Shown here: in pieces, positions 18,613-27,831 of the stretch
Layout: each line of letters begins with the position of its first letter
Numbering within the stretch: position 1 is the first letter of the stretch
NCBI GenBank assembly: GCA_965242865.1
Contig: CBDETK010000013.1
Location: 3,264,001-3,328,000, forward strand
Reading direction: 5' to 3'
Length of the DNA: 64,000 nucleotides
Origin: Candidatus Latescibacterota bacterium
Lineage (GTDB): Bacteria; Latescibacterota; UBA2968; UBA8231
Translations under genes and position numbers: made by a program
Notes under the pieces: generated by a model
The model's database searches: none
What the model was told of the DNA's origin: nothing
Seen by the model: the letters and a program-made list of their open reading frames with translations, nothing else

Positions 18613-19428
18613 CTACTCCTTCACAGCCCCCGCCGTCAGCCCCTGCGTGAAAAACCGCTGGGTGAAGAGGAAGAACAGCACCGTCGGCACCAAGGCGATG
18701 ATGGAGGCCGCTGAAATGTAGCGCCAGTTGACCCCAAAGACGCCTTGGAGGCTGGCCAACCCCAATTGCAGGGTGTACAGCTCGCGGCTTTTGAGCACCA
18801 CGAGCGGCCACAGAAAATCGTTCCACTGGGCCACAAACGTAAAAGCCGCCTGAGCGGCGAGGGCCGGTTTGACTAGGGGCAGCATAATGCGCGCATAGAT
18901 GGTCCACGGGCCGCAGCCATCTATGCGGGCGGCGTCCTCTAGATCGGTGGGAATGGTGGTGAAGGCTTGGCGCAAGAGAAAGATGCCGAAGGCATTGACC
19001 GCCACCGGCAGGATGACGCCCGCATATGAATCCACGAGGCCCAGCTTCAAGGTGACGATAAAGAGCGGAATTAAGAGGACTTGGAACGGCACCATGGTCG
19101 TGGCCAGTATGCAGTAGAAAATGGCTTGACGACCGCGAAAGCGCATGCGGGCGAGGACGTAACCGGCCAGCGAGCAGCACGTCAAGTTGAGCAAGACGGT
19201 GGCGATGGCAATGTAGAACGTATTGAACAGGTAGCGCACAAACGGGAGGATGTGCCAAGCCTTGGCAAAGTTGCTCCAGACGATGGGGTCGGGAATCCAC
19301 TGCGGAGGATGGGCGAACAGATCGGCCGCTTCGGATTTGAGCGCGGTGGATAGCAGCCAAGCGAACGGGGCCAGCAAAACAGCGCCGACCGCGCACAGGA
19401 CTGCGTAGAGCAGAACGCGCTGGACCAT
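18613..19428 (-). CDS. Carbohydrate ABC transporter permease 2 (MalG-like)
   Basis: Multiple TM segments; EAA loop LEDAARIDG; WNDFLWP. Confidence 0.93.
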   Translation of the reverse strand: MVQRVLLYAVLCAVGAVLLAPFAWLLSTALKSEAADLFAHPPQWIPDPIVWSNFAKAWHILPFVRYLFNTFYIAIATVLLNLTCCSLAGYVLARMRFRGRQAIFYCILATTMVPFQVLLIPLFIVTLKLGLVDSYAGVILPVAVNAFGIFLLRQAFTTIPTDLEDAARIDGCGPWTIYARIMLPLVKPALAAQAAFTFVAQWNDFLWPLVVLKSRELYTLQLGLASLQGVFGVNWRYISAASIIALVPTVLFFLFTQRFFTQGLTAGAVKE

Positions 19429-19429
19429 C

Positions 19430-20350
19430 TCAAGCTCCCCGCCCGGCGAGGCGAAAGTTGAGCAGGGCAAAGACCAATATGACGACCAACAAGCAGAGCG
19501 AAACGGCCGCGGCGTACCCCACTTCGAGGTATTTGAATCCGAGCGTGTAGATGTAGTAGGCCAACAAGTTGGTGCGGTGAAAGGGGCCGCCGCCGGTCAT
19601 CACGTACACTTCGCCAAAGGTGCGCAAGGCGGCAATGGTGGCGATGATCGAGACCACGAGGGTGTAGGGTTTGATCGTCGGGATGATGACGTGGTACACG
19701 ACCTGCCACCAACCCGCGCCATCGACGCGGGCTGCTTCCTTGAGCTGGGCCGGGATGCCCTGCAAGCCGGCCAAATAGATGATCATGTAGTACGGCGCGG
19801 CCTTCCACACGGTGACCAAGCCCACGGCCAACAGGGCAATCGCCGGCTCGGTCAACCACCCGGCCTCGACCTCCACGCCCAGCAGGCCCAACAGCACCTC
19901 GGGGACGCCGCGCCCATCGGCCAGCCACGACGGACCGCTGACGCCCAGCCCCTTGAGAAAGGCGTTGAGCAGGCCATCGGCGTTGTAGAGCCACTTCCAG
20001 ACGATGCCCGCGACGACGATGGAGGTGACGACCGGAATGTAGTACAGGGTGCGAAACACCTTGATCAGCCGCAGGGAATTGTCGAGCAGGAGCGCCATGA
20101 AAAACGAGAGCACGACGAGCGAGGGCACGACGATGCCCGCGTAGAGCAGGGTATTGGCCAAGACCCGCCAAAACAGCTCATCGCCCCAAGCGCGGCGAAA
20201 ATTGTCGAGGCCGACAAAGGTGGGTGGCGAGAAGATGTTGTAGCGGTGCAGGCTGAGATAGAGCGTGTCGAGCAAGGGATAGGCAAAGAACAGGGCTAGG
20301 AGCAACAGCCCGGGGGCGACAAAGCAATACGGTGCGTAGCGTCCGTACAT
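19430..20350 (-). CDS. Carbohydrate ABC transporter permease 1 (MalF-like)
   Basis: FVGLDNF, LKEAARVDGA, TGGGP. Confidence 0.93.
   Translation of the reverse strand: MYGRYAPYCFVAPGLLLLALFFAYPLLDTLYLSLHRYNIFSPPTFVGLDNFRRAWGDELFWRVLANTLLYAGIVVPSLVVLSFFMALLLDNSLRLIKVFRTLYYIPVVTSIVVAGIVWKWLYNADGLLNAFLKGLGVSGPSWLADGRGVPEVLLGLLGVEVEAGWLTEPAIALLAVGLVTVWKAAPYYMIIYLAGLQGIPAQLKEAARVDGAGWWQVVYHVIIPTIKPYTLVVSIIATIAALRTFGEVYVMTGGGPFHRTNLLAYYIYTLGFKYLEVGYAAAVSLCLLVVILVFALLNFRLAGRGA
19522..20232. repeat. Long direct repeat, copy B (inside the intact permease 1)
   Basis: See 1-711. Confidence 0.97.
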
Positions 20351-20355
20351 GGCGG

Positions 20356-21612
20356 CTATTCGACAAAGCGCAACAGGTGATTCCACTTGGCTTCGATGCG
20401 GCTCAGGGCCGCAGCCGCGCTCTGCTGGCCGGCCAATGCCTTGGCAAATTCCTCGTGGAGAATGTCCTCCATCCGGCTCCAGCCCTCGACGTCGGGCGGG
20501 GCCATGACAAAGGAGTGGGGGATGTCGGCCGCGGAAAGCTGGTTGGCGGCGTCGGCCAGCGTGGTGGGCGGGCGGCGGAAATAGGGATCGGCGGCCGCGG
20601 CCACGGTCGAGGGCAAAATGGCAACGCGGCGGCAGAATTCGAGCTGATTGGCGTCGTTGGTGACAAACAGCCCTAAGTCAACGGCTTCCTCTACGTGCGG
20701 CGAGGCTTTGGGCACGACCAAGACTTGGCTGGTGGCCGGCACTTGGCCGAGGCGGCCGCGCGGCATGGGCGCGGGGGCCGCCTTTTTGGCAAAGGAGTCG
20801 TCGAAGTAGCGGGTGATCCACCCGCCGGAAAAGGGCAGCATGGCGGCGCGGCCCTCGATGAACCAATTGACCTCGTCGCGGTGGGCCGCAGCGAGCGCTT
20901 CGGGCGGCACGACCCCTTGCTGATAGGCGTCAACCCACTTTTGCACGATGGCCTCGGCCTCGGGATGGTTGATGCGGGTGCGGCGGGCGTTGGGCGCAAA
21001 GAGCGGCCAGAAGCCGTCTAGGCGCAACAACGCCCAAGGCGGGGCTATGAGCGAGGGATGCAGCCGCCAAGAGACGCCGTATTTGCCGGTGCGCTCGCGG
21101 ATTTGGCGGCCCATGGCGAGCATCTCGTCGATGGTCGCGGGCGGGTCGGCGGGGTCGAGCCCGGCTTGGGCGAAGAGGGCTTTGTTGTACCAGAGCATGG
21201 TGACGCCGGCGTACCAAGGGAGGGCGTAGTTGCGGCCTTGGAAGTAGCCCATGCCGCGCCAGAAGTTTGCCAGCCGCTTGGCCTTGTCGGCCGGTGCGAC
21301 CGCCGCGTCCATGTTGACGAGGATATCGTATTGCAGGAAGCGGGGCAGGTCGTAGATGTTGGCCAAGTCTGGGGGCGCGTCGCCGACCAAGGCAGCGAGA
21401 AATTTTTCGGCCACTTCGCCGCCGCTGACATCGACCCACTTGACTTGTACGCCGGGCCGCGCCCGTTCGTACTCGGCGATCATGCCCAAGATGTAATCGG
21501 CGAACGCATCGCCGAGGGCAATGGTCCAAAACTCGAGGGTGACTGAGGAGTTTGGGCGCGGGTCCGGGCCGCAGGACGAAAGGGCGAGGAGGAGAAGGAG
21601 GGCTAAGAGCAT
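20356..21612 (-). CDS. Sugar ABC transporter substrate-binding lipoprotein
   Basis: Lipobox LSSC; YALPWY..LWYNKALF..PATIDE; adjacent to permeases. Confidence 0.9.
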   Translation of the reverse strand: MLLALLLLLALSSCGPDPRPNSSVTLEFWTIALGDAFADYILGMIAEYERARPGVQVKWVDVSGGEVAEKFLAALVGDAPPDLANIYDLPRFLQYDILVNMDAAVAPADKAKRLANFWRGMGYFQGRNYALPWYAGVTMLWYNKALFAQAGLDPADPPATIDEMLAMGRQIRERTGKYGVSWRLHPSLIAPPWALLRLDGFWPLFAPNARRTRINHPEAEAIVQKWVDAYQQGVVPPEALAAAHRDEVNWFIEGRAAMLPFSGGWITRYFDDSFAKKAAPAPMPRGRLGQVPATSQVLVVPKASPHVEEAVDLGLFVTNDANQLEFCRRVAILPSTVAAAADPYFRRPPTTLADAANQLSAADIPHSFVMAPPDVEGWSRMEDILHEEFAKALAGQQSAAAALSRIEAKWNHLLRFVE

Positions 21613-22250
21613 GTCTTAAACAGGCTCTTGCGGCCTATCCTGCTGCACAAAGGGCACTCGGTCGGCTGGTGCCCGCGCGCCGGGCAATGCTCGCGGCCAA
21701 AGTAGATGATTTGCAGGTGCAGGTCGTTCCAGCGCGCTTGGGGGAAGAGCCGCTTGCAGTCTCGTTCGGTCTGCTCGACGCTCTTGCCGCTGGACAGCCC
21801 CCAGCGGTAAATCAGCCGATGGATGTGGGTATCCACCGGAAAGGTCGGCACCCCGAAATTTTGGGCCAACACGACTTGGGCGGTCTTGTGTCCCACCCCG
21901 GGCAGGCGTTCGAGCGCGGCTAAATCGGGCGGGACTTGGCCGCCGTGTTCGGCGAGCAGGATGTGCGAGAGCTGCCAGATGGCCTTGGACTTGCGCGGGG
22001 CCAGCCCGCAGGGGCGAATGATTTGTTCGATCTCTGCCGCGGCCAGCTCGACCATGCGCTCGGGCCGGTCCGCGCGCGCAAAGAGCACCGGCGTTACTTG
22101 GTTGACGCGCACATCAGTGCATTGCGCCGAAAGCAACACGGCAATGAGATGCGTGTAAGGATCCCGGCGTTTGAGCGGGACGGCGGGATTGGGATAGAGC
22201 CGCTGGAGGACGTCGAGGACGATCGGAACTTTGGCCGTGGTTGTTAGCAT
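21603..22250 (-). CDS. nth: Endonuclease III
   Basis: LLSAQCTD, HhH LPGVGHKTA, VDTH, C-terminal Cys cluster; start could be the TTG at 22292. Confidence 0.93.
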   Translation of the reverse strand: MLTTTAKVPIVLDVLQRLYPNPAVPLKRRDPYTHLIAVLLSAQCTDVRVNQVTPVLFARADRPERMVELAAAEIEQIIRPCGLAPRKSKAIWQLSHILLAEHGGQVPPDLAALERLPGVGHKTAQVVLAQNFGVPTFPVDTHIHRLIYRWGLSSGKSVEQTERDCKRLFPQARWNDLHLQIIYFGREHCPARGHQPTECPLCSRIGRKSLFKTCS

Positions 22251-22293
22251 CCTACCCGTGCTTTGGCGCGAGGGCGGGGTCCGTTGAGGCAAA

Positions 22294-23427
22294 CTAGGAC
22301 GATTTGCCGCTGGCCGCCCACTGCTTTTTCATCGCCGCCATCTCCTCATTCGGGGCGATTTTCCTACGGGTGATCTGGCCGTTGGGGTCGTGGAGCCAGC
22401 GGCCCTGATTGTCGCGGAGGACGGGCATGCGCTGGGCGACGGCGGGCGGCGCGGCCGCGCAGGTGGGTTCGGCCGCGTACCAGTAGGCGACGCTGCTCAT
22501 TTCGTTGCAGAGGTGATTGCCATGGCCGTGTTCGATGGTGGCCTTGATTTCTCGCTCAAAGCGAACCGGATTTTCGAGGTGGTGGACGTAGGAAGTTTGG
22601 TAGCCGTCGGTGTTGGCTTCGTGGATGGAGGAGCCGTTGCGCCCAAAGGCGTTGTCCTGCATGCCCCAAGCCTGATTGAGGTAATCCTCGCTGCCGGTGC
22701 CGTGCAATTCCGGGGGCCACTTGTAGCCATCAACCCAGATCATGTCGTCGCCCTCGCCCCACCAAGTGCCTTGGAAGTTGGTGACGCTGATGTTGCAGCC
22801 GATGTAGTGGCCGCGCCCTTGGGTCTCCAAGAGGACGTAGTTGTTGTCCCAAGCGGTTTGTCCCTCGTTGGCGATGTTGGCTTCTGGCGCGTTGACGCGG
22901 ATCTCGGGCCCCCAGCCGCCAAAGGGGTTTTCGCGGCGGAACTCCGCGTGAAAGTACCCGGCCTCGGTGGGCACCTCGCCGGTCTCGTAATCGACGTAGA
23001 AGTACTGGCGGTGCCGCTCGCTGCTCTCGTTGACCAACTCGACGACCGCCCGCTGGCGGAAGGGCATTTGCACGTAGGAGTTGAGGGCGCAGCCGGCATT
23101 AAAAACGTGGTTGCTGCGCGTCGAGGCGGAAAACAGCAGGGACTGGTAGGAGTTGACGAGGCCGTGGCCGAGGCCGAAGAAATCGCCCAACGGGCACACC
23201 ACGCTGGGAAAATCTGCGTCGTCCCACGTGATCTTGAGCAAGCACTCTCGGTAGTGGTTGGCTTGGGTTAGCCAAAGGTGCGTGATGCGGCCGGGGCCTT
23301 TGAGATCGGCGAGGACGGCGCGCTCGCCGGGTTCGATCCACCACGCGTCGCTGTTGCGGCCGGTTTTGTCCCAAGACGAGGCGCGCCCGGTCTGGGCGTC
23401 GCGGATATGGGCGAGTTGGTCGAGCAT
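22294..23427 (-). CDS. DUF2961 / glycoside hydrolase family 172 protein
   Basis: GPGRITHLW, PLGDFFG, WWGEGDD, GTGSEDY, EHGHGN. Confidence 0.88.
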   Translation of the reverse strand: MLDQLAHIRDAQTGRASSWDKTGRNSDAWWIEPGERAVLADLKGPGRITHLWLTQANHYRECLLKITWDDADFPSVVCPLGDFFGLGHGLVNSYQSLLFSASTRSNHVFNAGCALNSYVQMPFRQRAVVELVNESSERHRQYFYVDYETGEVPTEAGYFHAEFRRENPFGGWGPEIRVNAPEANIANEGQTAWDNNYVLLETQGRGHYIGCNISVTNFQGTWWGEGDDMIWVDGYKWPPELHGTGSEDYLNQAWGMQDNAFGRNGSSIHEANTDGYQTSYVHHLENPVRFEREIKATIEHGHGNHLCNEMSSVAYWYAAEPTCAAAPPAVAQRMPVLRDNQGRWLHDPNGQITRRKIAPNEEMAAMKKQWAASGKSS

Positions 23428-23440
23428 GACGCGCTCCTTG

Positions 23441-24655
23441 CTAAGCCTTGACGGCGCCGGTCTTTTGCACCTGTTCGTAAATCCGAGCGAATTCCGCGGA
23501 CCCGTCGTCGTTCCACACCTCGCTCCGCACCCCGCGCACATTGCCCTCAACAAATCCGGTCAGCCGCTCGACCGCCGGGATGCTCGGGGTGTAGTACCGA
23601 GTGCCGCCAGGCAGGTGCAAGACGCCGACGTGGCGCGGCAGTTCGCTCTGGGGCCGCACGGCGAGTTCGTCCAAGACGCGCTCATCGACCTCCACGCCCA
23701 GCCCCGGCCCTTCGGGGACCGGCGTGCTGCCCTCGCTGACTTCGAGGCGGCCCCCGGTCACATCCTCGGCGTACTGGTCGTCGAGGTTGGTCGAATGCGA
23801 GACATTGGGCATGACCGCGCCCAAGTGCATGGCCATGGCCTTGCACAAGGTGCCGCCGGTGAGCTGGACCACGGTCGACAGGCCGGCCGCGGCCGCGGCC
23901 CAACCCCGGCGGATGGAGTGGCCAATGCCCATTTCGCCGATCATGTAGAGATCGGCCACATCCCGCTGAATCTCCGGGCCACCCCCTAGCTGCGGCACGT
24001 GCATCAGAAGCGGCAGGGAGGTCTTGCCGCGCAACAGGCGCCAGCCCTCGATGTCATAGGGATAGAGCGGGTCTTCCAAGAAGCCGACGACCGGAAACTT
24101 TTCCAGCTCATCGACGATGCGTAGCACGGCCGTAGCGGGCCGATTGTGGTTGAAGTCCCAGTGGACCTTAAAGCCGGGCGGCGCGACCTCTTGGGCGGCG
24201 CACGTCTGCTCGATCACGTCGTGGTGCTCGGCCGAGTGCATCTTGAAAATGGTATAGCCCTCTTGGGCGGCGCGTTGGATTTCGCGGGCAAAGTCCTCGG
24301 GGGCCGCCGGTCGGGTCCACGCGGCTACGGGTACGCGATCGCGGACCTTCTGGCCCAACAGCTTGTACGCCGGCTCTTCAATGGCCTTGCCCATGGCGTC
24401 GTACAGCGCGCCCATCAGGCCGGTGTTGAGCGCACCGGCAACGTAGTTGAACGGCGATTGGTCGATCAGGCCCGCGATTTGCCCTTCGGAGAGCGAGGTG
24501 TGGCCGCGCGCGTCGCCGTAGCCCACGACGCCGTTGTCGAGCGTTACGCGAAAGACGGTCTGGGTGTCAATGCCGGCGAAGCGGACTTCGTGGCCTTGAT
24601 AGCGGTCGCAGAGCCGCGGGTTGAGGTGAAAGCATTCGACGTTGGTGATTTTCAT
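23441..24655 (-). CDS. Mandelate racemase/enolase-superfamily enzyme
   Basis: LLGQKVRDRVPV, FKMH, DFN, LEDP, GPGLGVEVDE. Confidence 0.85.
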   Translation of the reverse strand: MKITNVECFHLNPRLCDRYQGHEVRFAGIDTQTVFRVTLDNGVVGYGDARGHTSLSEGQIAGLIDQSPFNYVAGALNTGLMGALYDAMGKAIEEPAYKLLGQKVRDRVPVAAWTRPAAPEDFAREIQRAAQEGYTIFKMHSAEHHDVIEQTCAAQEVAPPGFKVHWDFNHNRPATAVLRIVDELEKFPVVGFLEDPLYPYDIEGWRLLRGKTSLPLLMHVPQLGGGPEIQRDVADLYMIGEMGIGHSIRRGWAAAAAGLSTVVQLTGGTLCKAMAMHLGAVMPNVSHSTNLDDQYAEDVTGGRLEVSEGSTPVPEGPGLGVEVDERVLDELAVRPQSELPRHVGVLHLPGGTRYYTPSIPAVERLTGFVEGNVRGVRSEVWNDDGSAEFARIYEQVQKTGAVKA

Positions 24656-24670
24656 GGATGGGCTCCTATT

Positions 24671-26050
24671 CTAATTCAGGATTTTGCCGGGATTCATCAA
24701 GTTGTCGGGGTCGAGTGCTCTTTTGATGCGGCGCATGATCTCGACGCCCGGGCCGCACTCGGCTTCCAGCGCGTCGATTTTGCCCAAGCCGATGCCGTGT
24801 TCGCCGGTGCAAGTTCCCCCGGCTTGAAGTGCCCACTCGACGATCTGCTCGCCCAAGCGCTGCACTTGCGCCCGTTCCGCGGCGTTGCCCGGCTCAATGA
24901 GGCAGACGACGTGGAAGTTGCCGTCGCCGACGTGGCCAAAAAGCGGCGCGGGAAAGTCGAGTGCGGCCAGCGCGGCGCGCGTCTGGTGGATGCAGCGAGC
25001 AAGGGCCGTGATCGGGACGCAGACATCGGTTACATAGCCCACCGAGCCGGGGCGGAGTGCCCGCGCAGCGTAATAGGCATCGTAGCGCGCCTGCCACAAG
25101 CGGTCGCGCTCCCCCTCGGCCGTAGCCCAGCGGAAAGGGCCGCCGCTCCGCCGGGCCACGTATGCGCCAGCGGTTTCAGCTTGTTCGACAACCCCCTTTT
25201 CCGAGCCGTGAAATTCAAAAAAGAGCGTTGGTGCCACCTCGTAATCAAGGCCCGCGTATTGGTTGCAAGCCCGCATCTGCACTTCGTCGAGCAATTCGAG
25301 CCGGGCGACGGGGATCCCCGCGCTCAAAACGTTGATGGCCGCGGCGACGGCCGTGTCGAGATCGGCAAAGGGACAGACAGCGGCGGAAACTGCCGCTGGC
25401 AGCTTGGCTAGGCGTAGGGTTACTTCGGTGATAAGGGCCAGCGTGCCTTCGGCGCCGACCAGCAGAGCGGTCAGGTCGTAGCCAGCCGAGGATTTGCGCG
25501 CCCGCCCGCCCACTTCGACGACCGCGCCATCGGCGAAGACGGCCTTGAGGCCCAAGACGTTGTCGCGCATGGTGCCATAGCCCACCGCAGCACTGCCAGA
25601 GGCGCGCGTGGCGGCCATGCCGCCCAAGGAGGCGTCGGCACCGGGATCGACCGGAAAGTGCAGGCCGGTCCCTTGCGCTCGGAGATATTCGTTGAGTTGC
25701 TGACGGGTGACGCCGGCTTCGACCGTGGCGTCCATGTCGGCAGCACTGACGCGGAGGATGCGGTTCAGGCGCGAGAGATCGACGCACAGGCCACCGCGCA
25801 CGGCGACGATACCGCCTTCAACAGCCGTGCCCGTGCCAAAGGGCACAATCGGTACTTGGTGTGCGCTGCATATCCGGGCGATTTGGGCTACTTCCTCTAC
25901 GCTCGTGGGAAAGGCCACGGCCTGCGGCGGTTGCGGCGCGTGGTAGGAGGCGTCGGCCGCGTGGGCGCGGCGCACCGCAGGGGTCGCGTTCAGGCGCGGG
26001 CCGAGGAGAGCGGCCAGTGCCGACAGGGCTTGGGGGGCCATGGGGTTCAT
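24671..26050 (-). CDS. FAD-linked oxidase (D-2-hydroxyacid dehydrogenase/GlcD-like)
   Basis: GAEGTL, GHVGDGNFH, GEHGIG, LDPDNLMNPGK. Confidence 0.92.
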   Translation of the reverse strand: MNPMAPQALSALAALLGPRLNATPAVRRAHAADASYHAPQPPQAVAFPTSVEEVAQIARICSAHQVPIVPFGTGTAVEGGIVAVRGGLCVDLSRLNRILRVSAADMDATVEAGVTRQQLNEYLRAQGTGLHFPVDPGADASLGGMAATRASGSAAVGYGTMRDNVLGLKAVFADGAVVEVGGRARKSSAGYDLTALLVGAEGTLALITEVTLRLAKLPAAVSAAVCPFADLDTAVAAAINVLSAGIPVARLELLDEVQMRACNQYAGLDYEVAPTLFFEFHGSEKGVVEQAETAGAYVARRSGGPFRWATAEGERDRLWQARYDAYYAARALRPGSVGYVTDVCVPITALARCIHQTRAALAALDFPAPLFGHVGDGNFHVVCLIEPGNAAERAQVQRLGEQIVEWALQAGGTCTGEHGIGLGKIDALEAECGPGVEIMRRIKRALDPDNLMNPGKILN

Positions 26051-26148
26051 GGGCGGGTAATATGCCCAATGGCTAGAGGGACGTCAAAGAAGTCGATCAT
26101 CAAACTCAGGCGAGTGCGGCGGCCGATCATAAGGCAGAGGAATAGCCC

Positions 26149-26180
26149 TTGACAAACTGTTCGCTATCTGCGAACATGAT
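26149..26180 (+). promoter_or_regulatory. Putative TA promoter with operator palindrome
   Basis: TTGACA at 26149, then perfect TGTTCGC-N5-GCGAACA (26158-26176) just upstream of the toxin. Confidence 0.6.
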
Positions 26181-26202
26181 CGGCATGAATGCGCGGAAAG
26201 GT

Positions 26203-26460
26203 ATGGCGATTGAGTGGGGGGTCAAGGCGATCAGGGATATGCGCCGCCTCGCTGCACAGGATCGCGAGAGAATCGTTGCCAAGGTTGAACAGTATGCCAG
26301 AGATCCGGCCTCTTTGGCCAACCAAGTGATTATATTGACCGGCAGTGAGTATCGGCGCATGAGAGTTGGAGACTATCGAGTTATCTTCGGCATTGAATAC
26401 AACCAGACCACTGTCATAGTGGTACTGAGAGTTCGGCATAGGAGAGAAGTCTATGGCTGA
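26203..26460 (+). CDS. RelE/ParE family toxin
   Basis: YRRMRVGDYRVIF..VRHRREVY. Confidence 0.9.
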   Translation: MAIEWGVKAIRDMRRLAAQDRERIVAKVEQYARDPASLANQVIILTGSEYRRMRVGDYRVIFGIEYNQTTVIVVLRVRHRREVYG

Positions 26461-26791
26461 CACTGGAACCATTATTTTGCCCCGGGCGGAATACAATGCC
26501 TTGATCGCCCGCAATGAAGAGCTTGAAGACAGGCTGGCTGCACTTGATGCGGACGATGGCAGCCGCATCCCTCACGATGTGGCTCTTGCCATCATGCGCG
26601 GCGAGAACCCGGTGGCTGCATTGCGCCATCATCTGGGTGTCACGCTACGCGATTTATCCAAGAAAACGGGGATCGCCGCGAGCTATCTGTCCGAGATCGA
26701 GCGCGGGCTCAAGCCCGGCTCCGCAGCAACGCTATCTCGGATCGCCCATGCGCTTGGCACGACGATTGATACCTTGGTGGTCGAGCCGTGA
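26453..26791 (+). CDS. Xre HTH antitoxin
   Basis: LSKKTGIAASYLSEIERG; overlaps the toxin stop. Confidence 0.88.
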   Translation: MADTGTIILPRAEYNALIARNEELEDRLAALDADDGSRIPHDVALAIMRGENPVAALRHHLGVTLRDLSKKTGIAASYLSEIERGLKPGSAATLSRIAHALGTTIDTLVVEP

Positions 26792-26924
26792 TTTACTGCG
26801 GTGTTGAGGGGATAAGCGGGCGGATATGATCATGGCCTACTCGGCCAGCGACCGCCAATTCGTCTTGGAAAAAGACCGCTCGTGACCCGCAACGGGTACC
26901 AGCGGATGGTGCAGCAGGCAGGTC

Positions 26925-27722
26925 CTACTCGGGGGTGAAGTCGCTGGGGGCGAGGGTGTACCAGTACACCGTGCCGTTGTCGATCAGCGGCTGGATTTCG
27001 TGGACATTGCGGACGCTGGCGATGGCGGCGTGGGCGGGATGCCCTGTAAACCGGGTAAGTAGAGCGGCGTTGCGCTGGGCGCGGCTCGTATCGCGTTGGT
27101 CGGCCGTGTAGGAAGCCTCGACCGCGATATAGTGGATAGCCCTCGCGGAGTCCGCGACCTCAATGACCAGATCGGCGCGAACGAAGCTGCGCTGGTCGTT
27201 TTGGGGAATGTCGGCGATCTCAGCGAGATCGCGGTCGAAAATCAATTGGCCGAGGTCCCGCCTCATCAAGAGCCCCTTAAACCGAAAGCCCATACCGGCG
27301 GCGATCTCTAGGAAATGCGCGCCGACCACCTGTCGGGCTACTTTGCCGCGCAATTCGCCGATAGCAGTCTCCATTCGCTTATTGAACTGCCGCTGGTCCT
27401 TATTAAACTGCCGCTGGTCCTTATTGAACTGCCGCTGCTCTTCATTAAACTGCCGCAACTCGTCAAGGGTCTTGTCGATGCTGTCTAAACGCCGATCCAC
27501 CCGTTTATTAATCCGCCGCTGCTCGTCATTGAATTGCCGCTGCTCATCATTGAATTGCCGCTGCTCGTCAATAAAGCTCTCGACGCACGTCTCGAACTTG
27601 GCAAGCCGCTCGGGTAGCTGAAGCAGCTCGTCGCTGAGAACGTGGCGGCGGACGGCTTGGCGGAACTCGTCGTTTTCGTTCAGCAGGTGAATTAGATCGT
27701 CGGTTGTGTGAATGACGGTCAT
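26925..27722 (-). CDS. Coiled-coil hypothetical protein with heptad repeats and possible PD-(D/E)XK-like C-terminus
   Basis: (D/K)(E/D)QRQFN repeats; ADLVIE..YIAVEAS. Confidence 0.7.
   Translation of the reverse strand: MTVIHTTDDLIHLLNENDEFRQAVRRHVLSDELLQLPERLAKFETCVESFIDEQRQFNDEQRQFNDEQRRINKRVDRRLDSIDKTLDELRQFNEEQRQFNKDQRQFNKDQRQFNKRMETAIGELRGKVARQVVGAHFLEIAAGMGFRFKGLLMRRDLGQLIFDRDLAEIADIPQNDQRSFVRADLVIEVADSARAIHYIAVEASYTADQRDTSRAQRNAALLTRFTGHPAHAAIASVRNVHEIQPLIDNGTVYWYTLAPSDFTPE
27381..27570. repeat. Two blocks of 21-bp coding tandem repeats
   Basis: ATT(G/A)AA(C/T)TGCCGCTG units at 21-bp spacing. Confidence 0.85.
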
Positions 27723-27831
27723 CAGGGTCTCCAAGGCGGGGTCTGCTTATGCCCTCGTCTCCTACGTTTAATGTCGAAATCGTCTATGTCTTTGTCAACG
27801 AAACCGGCTCGACGCGCAGCCGTAGAAACGC

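Noticed and set aside
24146-25411. Long alternative-frame ORFs (this 421-aa one, 33296-34270, 35069-36031 and others)
   Set aside because: They overlap well-supported genes on the opposite strand, have no motifs, and are expected in high-GC DNA.
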